A stretch of 53,490 nt of DNA from Selaginella moellendorffii (taxonomy: Eukaryota; Plantae; Lycopodiophyta): assembly GCF_000143415.4 (NCBI RefSeq), contig NW_003314264.1, positions 210,693-264,182 on the forward strand. Reading direction: 5' to 3'. Positions 26,759 through 38,639 of this stretch are shown here, piece after piece; positions within the stretch are counted from its first letter, which is position 1; each line of letters starts with the position of its first letter. The notes under the pieces are model-generated. The model was not told where the DNA came from. It did not search any database and saw only the letters and a program-made list of their open reading frames with translations. The position numbers were made by a program, and so were the translations under genes.

Positions 26759-27920
26759 GTATTTGTAAGGAACCGACTCCCCGAGATGTCGTAGGCTAAA
26801 GGATCCCCAAAAGCTTGACCGAAATGACAAAGAGTTCATCGGATGGGACCAAGTCGAGGATCGAGTCCAAGACCGACTCTAGGACCGAGTTCGAGATAGA
26901 GTCTGGAATCGAGTCCGAGACTGACTCGGGGACCGAGTTCGAGTCCGAGTTCGAGACCGAGTTCGAGACGGAGTCCGAGATCCGAAATCGGGTCCGAGAC
27001 CGAGTCCGAGGTCGAGTCCGAGGTCGGGTCCGAGATCAGGTCCGAGATCGAGTCCGAGATCGAGTCCGAGACCGAATCCGAAGTCGGATCCGAAATCGGG
27101 TCCGAGATCGAGCCAGAGACTAAGTCCAAATACTAATACGGGTCAAGGGGTGAAAGCCCAAAGCGTGCGTCTCCCAGGGGGGGGGGGGGCTGCAGGGGGT
27201 TCCAAAAGTATAGTAGGGATAGTGAGGTCCAGGAACCAGTTTTGAAGGGACTCTCCAGTTGGGCTTCGGCTTGAGGTTGAGGCTGGGACCGAGGGGCCTT
27301 GGGTGGGAGTGAGCATGGACTTGGCTGGTGCCGGAGGGGCCATCCAAGGAAGTGCTCAAGAGCAGCTCCCACTCCCGAAAGGGAAACCGACTGCGGTGCT
27401 CCCGGCTCATGTGGAGTGGTGCCCCACTTGAGTACCTTGTGGCTCATTGGTCCTCGCCCTTCCGGGGGCTTAGGCCTTCCCTTCGGGATGGAACAGGGGG
27501 GGTAGAGGTACCCATACCGGGCCGTTAGGCCACGGTGTTTCGCCCCGACGTCCCGAAGCAAGTGCTGCACCCAAGGCTTGGGATTTAGAGGGTCCCATGA
27601 TCAAGTCTTGTGGTACCAAGGGGTGTTAGGAACCTGGAGGCTTGGTGTGCTTGGCTGCTTGTGCCTGCGGGGAGTGTAGCCGAACCTTAAGTCCAGTCTA
27701 ACCCGGGGAGGGGGATTGGGAGAGATTTGGGAATCCGTAGATGGATGGCTAACACTCCGTTGCTCGTGCAATGCGTAGCTGAAACCAAGTAGGACCAAAT
27801 AGGAGCTGGTACCATAAGCGAGAACCTTGGCGAAGGAACTTAGCACAAGCCAAGGCAGAGTTGGTCGGATAGACGAGGTAAGCTGGCAAATTGGAAAGGA
27901 AAAATTTGTGGCTTACAATT

Positions 27921-28317
27921 TGGTATCGTAGCGGTCTCGGGTCCGACTCTGTTGGTTGGCTAAGGGAATCGCACCACATGTTGATTGACATCTGGCTGGT
28001 CCAGTTTGCTCCCGCTGGGCTCGACCCGAGGGGTAGGGTGTCAAGAGAGCGGGGCTCTCGGGAGAGCTGCGGCTCTCAGCTTCCGTTCACGAGGGCGTGA
28101 ACTTGTAGGGAAGTGTGGTGGATTTTAAGCAACCAAAGAGAACGACTTGAGAGACGGTCCATGGGGTTCAAATATAGAGGGAAAGGGCCCATGAACAAGA
28201 GTGCACCCCCTTTTCCAATCGGTTAAGGGTCTTGGGATATTTGGGGTTAAGCGTCCTTGGGTTTGAGTAGTACTGAGCTGGGTGACCTCCCGGGAAGTCC
28301 AAACTCAGGAGCTTACA
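27921..28317 (+). mobile_element. Cassandra-like TRIM unit (PBS, short internal domain, PPT, 5S-bearing LTR at 28039-28317) inside the leader of C
   Basis: PBS tggtatcg at 27921; PPT gaggggtaggg; TG..CA LTR; second PBS tggtatcggagc at 28320; the same module appears in canonical order at 40495-40812 (minus). Confidence 0.75.
28246..28300 (+). other. 5S rRNA-derived segment (internal pol III promoter region) within the TRIM LTR; not a full 5S gene
   Basis: gttaagcgtccttgggtttgagtagtactgagctgggtgacctcccgggaagtcc closely resembles the plant 5S A-box/IE/C-box region as recalled. Confidence 0.8.
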
Positions 28318-31300
28318 TTTGGTATCGGAGCCTCTTCCTCAGTTCTAGCGAAGGATAGAGGCGGATTGCTGGGAAATGATGAAGGCGAGGATCCGCGCAA
28401 CTTACGTTCCTCCGAATGCTACTCTACACCTAAGGGACGAGCTGAGTAGGCTGAAGCAGACCGGAACCATTCAGGAGGATACTTGTCACGGACATGGGGG
28501 ATATGGATGCGTTCCATGCCTTCATATCAGGTTTGCAAACCTGGGCTCACGGCGAAGTAATGCGGTGGAACCCGACCAACTACAAGGAAGCGTTGGATGC
28601 GGCCATCAAGGTGCATTTCAACGATAACCTGCGAAAGGGGAACACGACGGGGTCGGGATCCACATTTAGCAAAGGGGCCAAACAAAGGGGAACGTTTAGC
28701 AGAGGGAAATTCAAGAAGAGTTTCTCTAAGAATGAGTCCTCGGGGTTCCGGAAAGGCAGATCCGGTGGCCAGCGAGCGAGTACGTGGGGGAGTCAAGCGA
28801 AAAGAGACAAACCCATGGATAAGAAGGTCAAGTCATATAGCAGCATGGGAAACAACGTATGCTACAACTGCGGTGAAGTGGGACACTTCTCGAGGGAATG
28901 TCCCTACCCAAAGAAGGCCAGAGCCAATATGGCCATCAAGTCGGGTGAAGTCCAAAATGAGGTATGTGATCCAGTCCCTAACTCAAAGTTACTCATTACA
29001 CGAGCAACTTTGGTAGAGAGTCGTTCGCGACATCTACTAGCCCTCCGAGGGAAGCTCGGAGGTAGCTTTGTTAAGATCCTTATTGACACGGGTGCTTCGA
29101 ATAATTTTGTGGCTGCAGACATAGTCCGGCAAGCCGGACTAACGTTGCAGCGGCTAGGCGAACCAAGGACTATAGAGTTTGTTCAAGGTAGCCAAAGCAT
29201 CGATGAGGTACTTCGACAAGCGAGAGTCAAAGTGGGGACTTGGAAGGTGGACATGGATTTCACTGTGTTGGACATGGCGGGATTTGACGTGATCTTCGGA
29301 ATGGACTGGTTCAATCGATTCGTGGTAGCCCTGCATGGTCAAGGTAGAAACCTTGTGGTACTGGCGAATGCCCAAGGAAGAAGATCTAGGGTGGAGGCCC
29401 AAGATCTAAAGGTAGGGCAAAGCAAGGCTAAAGATTCTTGCTTAAACCTGGTGTCCACGAGAGGACAACTCACTAAAGGAACTAAGGCGGCCTTTTTGTG
29501 CTTACTCTCGGTGAAGAGTGACAAAAAGACAGGAATGGAAGAAGTACCTTTAGTGATCCAGCGGGTGTTGGACCAATTCCAGGATACCATGCCGGAGGAG
29601 CTACCGGCGGGGCTACCCCCAGCACGACCGATAGAACATAAGATTGAGCTGGTCGAGGGTGCTGAGGCAGTGGTTCGTCCCCCTTATCGTTTGAACGAAA
29701 AAGAACTCAAGGAGCTCAAGTGCCAACTAGAGGAGTTGGTGGACAAAGGGTATGTTAGGTTGAGCAAGTCGCCATATGGGGCGCCGGTGTTATTTGTGAA
29801 AAAGAAAGATGGATCTATGCGCATGTGCATAGACTACCGGTTGCTCAACAAGTATACAAAGAAGAACAAGTACCCTTTGCCAAGGATTGAGGACCTGTTC
29901 GATAGGTTGGGAAAGGCAAAATACTTCTCGAGGATTGACCTAAGGTCAGGATACTACCAGATCAGGGTAGCCGAGGAAGATGTCGAGAAGACAATCTGTC
30001 GAACTAGGTATGGGAGCTTTGAGTTTCTGGTGATGCCCTTCGGGCTATGTAATGCGCCGACAACGTTTTCGGCGCTAATAAACCACATCTTTGTACCCTA
30101 TCTGGATCACTTCGTGGTCGTCTATATCGACAACATCCTGATCTATAGCGAGACGCTAGAGGAGCATGCCGAACACTTGGCGAAGGTGTTTGAGAAACTA
30201 AGGGAACACAAGCTGTATGCTAAAGAGAGCAAATGTGACTTTGCTCAACAAGAGGTAAAGTTTCTCGGGCATGTGGTGGGCTAGGATGGGCTCAAGGTGG
30301 ACCCAGAGAAGGTCCAAGCGATCCAGGAATGGGAGCGACCATCGAACGTACATGAGTTGAGGGCATTCCTGGGGCTATGCAACTACTATCGAAAGTTTAT
30401 CAGACACTATTCGAGAGTAGCCCTGCCCTTAACGGACCAAACAGGAAAAGGGAAGATGGTGTGGACAGCGGAATGCGAGGCGGCATTCGTCCACCTCAAA
30501 GGGAAGTTGAGAAAGGCTCCCGTATTGGCATTACCAGACTTTGGTAAGGACTTTGAGGTAGAAACGGATGTTTCGGACTTTGCGTTGGGCGCAGTTTTGA
30601 AGCAAGACAACCATCCGGTAGCGTTCTTCTCGAAGAAGCTGGACAAGGCTCAACGGAAGTGGCCTGCCCACGAGAAGGAATTGTTTGCGGTGGTCAAGGC
30701 GCTCAAGGAGTGGCGACACTACCTTGGGAGACACTTCAAGGTTTACACGGACAATGTGGCAACGAAACACTTCTTGTCACAGCCCGACCTAAGAGGGAAA
30801 CAAGGTCGGTGGGCCAATGCCTTGGCCGAGTTTGATTGCGAAATTCTGTACAAGCCTGGGAAGAGCAACATCGTGGCGGATGCGCTAAGTCGGAAAGCAA
30901 GCTTGAAGTTGGCAATATCCAGCGCAATAGCAACCTTCTGGGACGATGTGCGGACAGCATATGAGAACGATGGTCTAGCATAGGAAGTGTTGCTGAGGAA
31001 TCTAGAGGCGCGGGAAGCTCACCAGAGAGGTGAGCTGCCAACGGAAGAGAAAACGGGCTATGCAGAACGCAACGGACTCATTTATTACAAGCAAACGAGG
31101 GTGTATATTCCAGAAGGGGAACTAAGGAAGGTGGCCTTAGAAGAGTGTCATGACGGACCTCTTGCGGGACACGGTGGAGTGCCCAAGACAATGGGCTTAC
31201 TCAAAAGGAAGTACCATTGGCCAGATATGGCTAAGGACGTCCAAGACTATGTAAAGACATGTCCAACATGTCAGCAGGTAAAAGCCGTGACTAAGGCTAG

Positions 31301-31635
31301 TGGGGGCTTGTTGCAAAGCATCCCAATTCCAAATCGCCCGTGGAAATGTCTTACGATGGACTTCATCACGGGACTCCCCCCAAGCGAGGGGTTTGATGCG
31401 ATATTCGTGGTGGTGGACCGATTTTTGAAAATGGCACACTTCATACCCACCACAACGGAGGTGGATGCGAAAGGTGTGGCAAAGCTGTTCTTCGAACAAG
31501 TGGTTCGAGTGCGGGGAAGACCGGAAGAGATCATCTCAGATCGAGATAAGATCTTCACCAGTAGGTTCTGGAGGACTCTCCTGGAACAGTATCGCACCAA
31601 GTTGAAATTCAGCACAGCCTATCACCCACAGACAG

Positions 31636-31680
31636 GTATGGGGTATTGAGTCAAGTGTTGGCACTAACACTTCTTGACAG
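31636..31680 (+). other. Spliceosomal intron 1 in integrase (45 bp)
   Basis: GTATGG..CACTAAC..TTGACAG; removal restores AYHPQTDGQMERVN; the intron holds an in-frame TGA. Confidence 0.85.
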
Positions 31681-32098
31681 ACGGACAAATGGAAAGGGTG
31701 AATAGGCAGCTGGAGGATTATTTGCGATGCTATGTCTCGGGAGACCAGACCGATTGGGTAAGTCATTTGGGACTTGCGGAAATGTGTTATAACAACTCAC
31801 CACATTTGACTATCGGGGTGAGTCCATGGGAAGTCATTAATGGGCGAGCTATTGAAGGTCCTATGGAACTCGGCGTGGCCGAGTATCATGGAGAGTTGCC
31901 CGCAGTGGAGGCATTCACGGCGGAAAGACTCAGCATTTGGAATCTAGTGAGGGATTCCTTGGAACGGGCTCAACAAAGGCAAACCAAATACGCGAACCAG
32001 AAGCGTCGGGATGTAGAGTTCCAAGCTGGGGAGAAGGTGTGGCTGAACACCAAGAACCTCAGACTACCAAGTGGGATCAGCCGAAAGTTGACCCAAAG

Positions 32099-32150
32099 GT
32101 AAAGATGCATGTATTCCTGTAAATGAATTGATCTTGAGTTCCTTAAGCAG
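32099..32150 (+). other. Spliceosomal intron 2 in the integrase GPY/F region (52 bp)
   Basis: GTAAAG..CCTTAAGCAG; removal gives KLTQRFARPYEIEARIGKVAYRL in frame. Confidence 0.85.
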
Positions 32151-34093
32151 GTTCGCGAGGCCTTACGAGATTGAGGCACGAATCGGTAAAGTGGCTTACC
32201 GACTCCGACTTCCTCGAGAGATGGGGAAGATGCACCCAGTGTTCCACGTGAACTTACTCAAGCCGTACTTTGAGGATCCACTTCGCAAGGACCAAGTGAG
32301 ACCTTTACCTAAGGTTATCCAAGGGGAAGAGGAATACGAAGTCGAGGCCATCCTCAATGCGCTCAAGAGCAAGCGACAAGGACGCGAGGTGAGAGAGTTC
32401 CATGTGAAGTGGAAAGGATTTCCACACTGCGAAGCAACATGGGAACCAAAGGAGAACCTAGCAAACGCGCGAGATCTAGTGGAGGAATTTCTGCAAGGCA
32501 GAACTCTATGTACTTATGCAAAGTTCAATTAAAAATATCAATTTGCAAAGTTGAGCAAGTGGCATATGTTGGGACCCGAAGGCGAGCGAAAGGTAAGCTA
32601 ATTAGCATGGGTTGGATAGGTCGACCAGGCGTAAGGCACTACGCCCGACTCCCCACAGGGATGTCGAATCCGTAGACGTATTCTATGGAGGTTGGGTTCG
32701 AGTCCCAAACCCCTAGTAAAGCAAGGCTGGGTTCAAGTCCCGACCCCATACTAGGGCGTGGTGAGGTGAGGAGTATAGGGACACCTATATTCCATTGTCA
32801 TGGGCTATTGGCCGGGGAGGCTAACTTAGGCACACCACTAAGTGGGGGGATGCCCCTGGAGACATGGTCAACAAGTCGTAGGATAAAATGAGATGTTCGA
32901 TGTGGGCATCGAACTTCTTCTATAGGTGGTAGAGTTGTAATGAACCGACTCCCCGAGATGTCGTAGGCTAAAGGATCCCCAAAAGCTTGACCGAAATGAC
33001 AAAGAGTTCATCGGATGGGACCAAGTCGAGGATCGTGTCCAAGACCGACTCTAGGACCGAGTTCGAGATAGAGTCCGGAATCGAGTCCGAGACCGACTCG
33101 GGGACCGAGTTCGAGTTTGAGTTCGAGACCGAGTTCGAGACGGAGTCCGAGATCCAAAATCGGGTCCGAGACCGAGTCCGATGTCGAGTCCGAGGTCGGG
33201 TCCAAGATCGGGTCCGAGATCGAGTCCGAGATCGAGTCCGAGACCGAATCCAAAGTCGGATCCGAAATCGGGTCCGAGATCGAGCTAGAGACTAAGTCCA
33301 AATACTAATACGGGTCAAGGGGTGAAAGCCCAAAGCGTGCGTCTCCCAGGGGGGGGGGGCTGCAGGGGGTTCCAAAAGTATAGTAGGGATAGTGAGGTCC
33401 AGGAACCAGTTTTGAAGGGACTCTCCAGTTGGGCTTCCAAACCGACTTGAGGTTGAGGCTGGGACCGAGGGGCCTTGGGTGGGAGTAAGCATGGACTTGG
33501 CTGGTGCCGGAGGGGCCATCCAAGGAAGTGCTCAAGAGCAGCTCCCACTCCCGAAAGGGAAACCGACTGCGGTGCTCCCGGCTCAGGTGGAGTGGTGCCC
33601 CACTTGAGTACCTTGTGGCTCATTGGTCCTCGCCCTTCCGGGGGCTTGGGCCTTCCCTTCAGGATGGAACAGGGGGGGCAGAGGTACCCATACCGGGCCG
33701 TTAGGCCACGGTGTTTCGCCCCGACGTCCCGAAGCAAGTGCTACACCCAAGGCTTGGGATTTAGAGGGTCCCATGATCAAGTCTTGTGGTACCAAGGGGT
33801 GTTAGGAATCTGGAGGCTTGGTGTGCTTGGCTGCTTGTGCCTGCGGGGAGTGTAGCCGAACCTTAAGTTCAGTCTAACCCGGGGAGGGGGATTGGGAGAG
33901 ATTTGGGAATCCGTAGATGGATGGCTAACACTCCGTTGCTCGTGCAGTGCATAGCTGAAACCAAGTAGGACCAAATAGGAGCTGGTACCATAGGCGAGAA
34001 CCTTGGCGAGGGAACTTAGCACAAGCCAAGGCAGAGTTGGTCGGATAGACGAGTTAAGCTGGCAAATTGGAAAGGAAAAATTTGTGCCCTACA

Positions 34094-34814
34094 GTATCCT
34101 CTTTGCCATAAACCCATTGACATACTCCTGAATGGTTTCGGTCTGCTTCAACCTACTCAGCTCGTCCCTTAGATGCAGAGTAGCATTTGGAGGAACGTAA
34201 GTTGCGCGGATCCTCGCCTTCATCATTTCCCAAGTGGCCACCGGTCCTTTGTTGGCCTCTGTCGTTCTCCACCAAGACTTGGCATTATCTACCAAGTATG
34301 GTTTTGCACATGGGACCTTCTCCGAGCTCGGTAATCGCAATGCTCGGAAGTAGTCCTCCATATCGTAAAACCAATCCTCCACCACCTTATAGTCGTTCAC
34401 TCCCTTGAAGACCGGTGGGGGCTTTGGCTTGTACTTGGGAACTGCCTGAGGGACTGATTCCACTTCGGTCTGTTCGACCTTGTCTGGTTTTGCCTCAGTC
34501 CCTGCCAAAGGGTCCGCACCTTCTGCGCTGCCAGCATCTGCAGTCTTTCGCTTTTTCTTCCGCTTCTCATCACGCTTTAGCTTGCGTACGAGAGTCTCCA
34601 GCAGGGCATTGGTCTGCGCCAATTGTCCTTCTAGAATGTCCAATCGAGCCTTGGACGACCGAACCTCACCACCAGACTCCTGTTTGGAAGTTGCCTCATT
34701 GGAGTCCTCCTCATGCAAGGATTCCTCATCCATTGCCTCCTGTTCGACCGGAGGCTCCAGCTCTGGAGGAGGTTCTGTCTCCGCCTGGGTTTGCTTACGT
34801 CCTGCCCTTGCCAT
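34094..34814 (-). pseudogene. Element A gag N-terminal part, interrupted by C
   Basis: Retrotransposon-gag motifs PPVFKG..VEDW..MEDYF, AKSWW and LKQTETIQEY; ATG at 34814, just downstream of the PBS. Confidence 0.9.
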
Positions 34815-34873
34815 CTCCCAGCAATCCGCCTCTATCCTTCACTAGAACTGAGGAAGAGGCTCCGATACCAAAT

Positions 34874-35957
34874 TGTAAACCACAAATTTTTCCTTTCCAA
34901 TTTGCCAGCTTACCTCGTCTATCCGACTAACTCTGCCTTGGCTTGTGCTAAGTTCCCTCGCCAAGGTTCCCGCCTATGGTACCAGCTCCTACTTGGTCCT
35001 ACTTGGTTTCAGCTACTCACTACACAAGCAACGGAGTGTTAGCCATCCATCTACGGATTCCCAAATCTCTCCCAATCCCCCTCCCCGGGTTAGACTGAAC
35101 TTAAGGTTCGGCTACACTCCCCACAGGCACAAGCAGCCAAGCATACCAAGCCTCCAGATTCCTAACACCCCTTGGTACCACAAGACTTGATCATGGGACC
35201 CTCTAAATCCCAAGTCTTGGGTGCAGCACTTGCTTTGGGACGTCGGGGCGAAACACCGTGGCCTAACGACCCGGTATGGGTACCTCTACCCCCCCCCCAC
35301 TTCCATCCCGAAGGGAAGGCCCAAGCCCCTAGGAAGGGTGAGGACCAATGAGCCACAAGGTACTCAAGTGGGGCACCACTTCACATGAGCCGGGAGCACC
35401 GCAGTCGGTTTCCCTTTCGGGAATGGGAGCTGCTCTTGAGCACTTCCTTGGGTGGCCCCTATGGCACCACTCAAGCCCATGCTCACTCCCACCCAAGGCC
35501 CCTTGGCCCCAGTCTCAACCTCTTGCACCCCTTGCAGCCCCCCCCCCCCCCCCCCCTGGGAGACGCACACTTTGGGCTTTCACCCCTTGACCCGTATTAG
35601 TATTTGGACTTGGTCTCTGGCTCGATCTCGGACCCGATTTCGGATCCAACTTCAGATTCGGTCTCGGACTCGATCTCGGACCCAATCTCAGACCTGACCT
35701 CAGACTCGACCTCGGACTCAGTCTCGGACCCGATTTCGGATCTCAGACTCCGTCTCGAACTTGGTCTCGAACTCGGACTCAAACTCGGTCCCTGAGTCAG
35801 TCTCGGACTCGATTCCGGACTCTATCTCGAACTCGGTCCTAGAGTCGGTCTTGGACTCGATCTTCGACTTGGTCCCATCCGATGAACTCTTTGTCATTTT
35901 GGTCATGCGTTTGGGGTTCCTTTAGCCTACGACACCTCGGCGAGTTGGTTCCTTACA
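34874..35957 (-). repeat. 5' LTR of element A
   Basis: Adjacent to the PBS; matches 16074-17249 with indels. Confidence 0.95.
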
Positions 35958-35962
35958 CCCTT

Positions 35963-38221
35963 CCCCAATCTCAATGGAGAGGTATAATGGATGAGGGATG
36001 CTTTTCAAGTTAGGGCCACGTTTTTCTCATCTCGTCATCTTCGAAGGGTGCAAGAATGTGCAGAAACCATGTTAAGACAGTCGGGTGAGGATACGGTCCT
36101 AGGTCACGCACTAAAACAGGCTATGGATGTCTTGTATTTTGAGATGGAGACTCGGCCAGATGATTTTCCCAAGATGGTCTTGGAAGAACAAGCCATCCAG
36201 CCTAAGCAGCCTATGGAAGAAATGCAGGAGGGGGATGAGGAGCCAGAGAAAGATAATGAGCAGGAAGAGCAGAAGGACGAAGAGGAGGACAAAGAAGAGG
36301 AGGACGAAGAAGAGGAGGACGAAGAGGACTTGGATGGTCCTCACAATGGTGACGATCACAATAACGACGACGACGATGATGACGACGATGGCCAGCCTGA
36401 GGTGGCCAAAGAGCAGCTGAGGAAGGTCATACAAGACAAACAATCAGGTAAATAATAGTACATCCATTCCTAACCTTTTACCATTTCTAACATTGTCCAT
36501 GTAGGTCGCAGAGTAAATGGTAAGTAGAGATTATTCAGTTGAATTAAGATACAAACTCTAGCCTTTAGTGATGAGGAAGGATAGTGCCAAGCAAGGGTCG
36601 AAACGTATGTCCAATCCTTCAGAATCAGCAGTGCGCCCAAGTGATATCAGTCCTAGTTCCTCAATAGCAGTTGATGGTAAATACAGTATAGTCGATTCAA
36701 TGTGCTAATGAGTTTGTTTTTAGTAGCCAGTAGGGAGGATACCATCTCAATCGAAGGGAGATATTTGGACATGCATATGGATCCGCTAGTGGACTCTACT
36801 TGCCTGCAAGAGTCATTAGAGCTGGTGGAGGCTACTATCTATATCAACGCCAAGCAAGCTGACCACGCTCCACTCGATGCTGCCCATACCACTGAGTCAA
36901 TCTTGTCCACGTATCCAACTGACGGTGACCAGGTGCCATTGGACCCGCATGAGGCCGCCCCAGCCGCCGAGCCGGTCGTATCCTCATTTCCAACGGACTC
37001 AACGTGTGCCCAATCGTCTGACTATGCGCCGTTGGAACCTCCCTACACCGCCCCTGCTGCCTGTTCGGTCATGTCCACTTTGCCAACGGAGGCACCAGTT
37101 GAAATGGCGTGTGATCACATGCCATCGGAACCACCCCATGCCACTGTTGAGCCAGTTGTACTAGAGTCTACAGCTGAAATGGCATGTGCTCACACGCCAT
37201 CGGATGTGATTGACCCCACATTGCAGAGGAGAGTATTTCCGCCCTTCACGTTTCCTCGACCAAAACCCTCTCAACGACCATCAGGAGCACCATTCGCTAA
37301 TATTGTAGATGGTAAAATTGACTTGTACCATTTTTTATGCTGACGCATTTCATTTCAGAGTCACGGCGAAGGTACTGTATCGTTTTTGATCTGAACGGTG
37401 TCCTTTTCTCCCATGAGCGTGGCTCGTCCTCGAATGTCACTACACCCTCCAAAGCCTGCGGTCGCAAGTTGGTCAAAAGAGACAGATTCACATTAATCAC
37501 ACGGGAGAAACTGCGGGATCTAATAATGACCATGCGACACTTAAAACAGAGGGCCGGGTTCAATTTTCAATTGGGAGTTTGGACATCCATGATGTGCCAC
37601 AATGCATTAACGTTGCTACAGATGATGCACGATCAGACGCGAGTAATATTACCATTTGACTTTCTCCTAATGTAGGAGGATTGCTTGACTATGGTCCATG
37701 TGAGGGGTAGCAAGCCCATCTTCGTCAAGCCAGAGGCTGTAGTGATGAACCGGACTGCTAGGTCAAGTGAAATCCTCATCATCGATGACTCACCGATTAA
37801 AACTGCAGCAAACACGCACACATATGCAGTGCACCCCATCTCTTGTAGTATGGAAACTAGGGAGAAGAAACCATATGTTCTGGGGGACCTTGCAAAACGG
37901 CTTGGAGCGATGGTGATAGAGAACCGGCCAGTCCAGAAGGTGGCTGCAGAAATCAACCAAATGGCAGATGGAATGGTATATCAGAAGCCATTTGATCAGA
38001 CAGACACCAGTCATCATTTATGGCATGTATATTGTCTAGCCAAGCACTATCCGCATCTCCATAATCTGCTCAACCGGATGGGTTCTTCGACCACTGAACA
38101 TGAGCGTGGACGTATTAGAGAAGAGATAGCATTACTATTGGGTTTAAATCCTGATAGTGTGGAGAGTGATGAAATTCCAAGATTATTGTATAGGCGTTGG
38201 AGGCAAAAAATAACAGTCTGA
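35963..38221 (+). pseudogene. Transposon cargo gene, 3' part: acidic/Pro-rich linker plus FCP1/NIF-type HAD phosphatase-like domain
   Basis: Removing A joins GGLPF|PNLNGEV*WMRDAF in frame; intron at about 37312-37358; CIVFDLNGVL, LGVWTSMM, FDFLLM*EDC (TAG likely from CAG) and ILIIDDSPIK match NIF-family HAD motifs. Confidence 0.7.
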
Positions 38222-38639
38222 GATGGCATGTATTTATTTTAAAATGTAACTTATTATGGCATGGGGTTCCATGCCATTGTATTAATATTAAAAGACAATT
38301 CTTTGAGAGGATTTGCATTATACTAGAAGTGTTACAACATGTTATTGGAAGTCTACGAAGTTGTTTTATTAATAAGGGGAAAGTAAAGATTGAATGGGGA
38401 CTTGGGCTCCACCTAGACTTAGAGCAACTGAGCCAATATTAAAAAGATGGAAAGAAATTGGATGACGATGACAAGGAGAAGAGAGAGGTGAAGCAGTGGC
38501 AGGGGGAGGAGAAGTGATTGAGTAGACATTTCCTTGTTTAAAATAAAATGGCATGTGCCTCAATGCAGTTGAATTTTGTTATATTTATATATTATATAAA
38601 GGTTTGGAAACCTTATTTTACAAGTGGGATAATGACAAT

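Larger units (their letters stand above)
28376..32532 (+). pseudogene. Element C gag-pol (truncated gag, PR, RT, RH, INT, chromodomain) with two nonsense codons and two introns
   Basis: All domains collinear; TAG at 30282 and 30981; integrase HHCC and LTMDFITGLP; chromodomain EEYEVEAIL..VKWKGF..ATWEP. Confidence 0.93.
26764..34093 (+). mobile_element. Ty3/gypsy chromovirus element C (same family as A, opposite orientation)
   Basis: LTRs at 26764-27917 and 32936-34093; TSD GTATT/GTATC (one mismatch); PPT ggtggtagag at about 32925-32934. Confidence 0.93.
16074..35957 (-). mobile_element. Ty3/gypsy element A (internally deleted; hosts B and C)
   Basis: TG..CA LTRs at 16074-17249 and 34874-35957; TSD CCCTT (16069-16073, 35958-35962); PBS tggtatcggag on the minus strand at about 34860-34870; PPT at about 17250-17263. 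Confidence 0.95.

Noticed and set aside
28246-28300. Functional 5S rRNA gene
   Set aside because: Only about 55 nt of the internal promoter region, embedded in an LTR; the 5' part and terminator are absent.
37639-37675. Possible short intron in the HAD domain
   Set aside because: Read-through gives FDFLLM(Q)EDC, matching the NIF-family pattern, so a CAG>TAG mutation is simpler.
5175-38569. Palindromic repeats as a CRISPR array
   Set aside because: Irregular spacing, degenerate copies, eukaryotic context and no cas genes.
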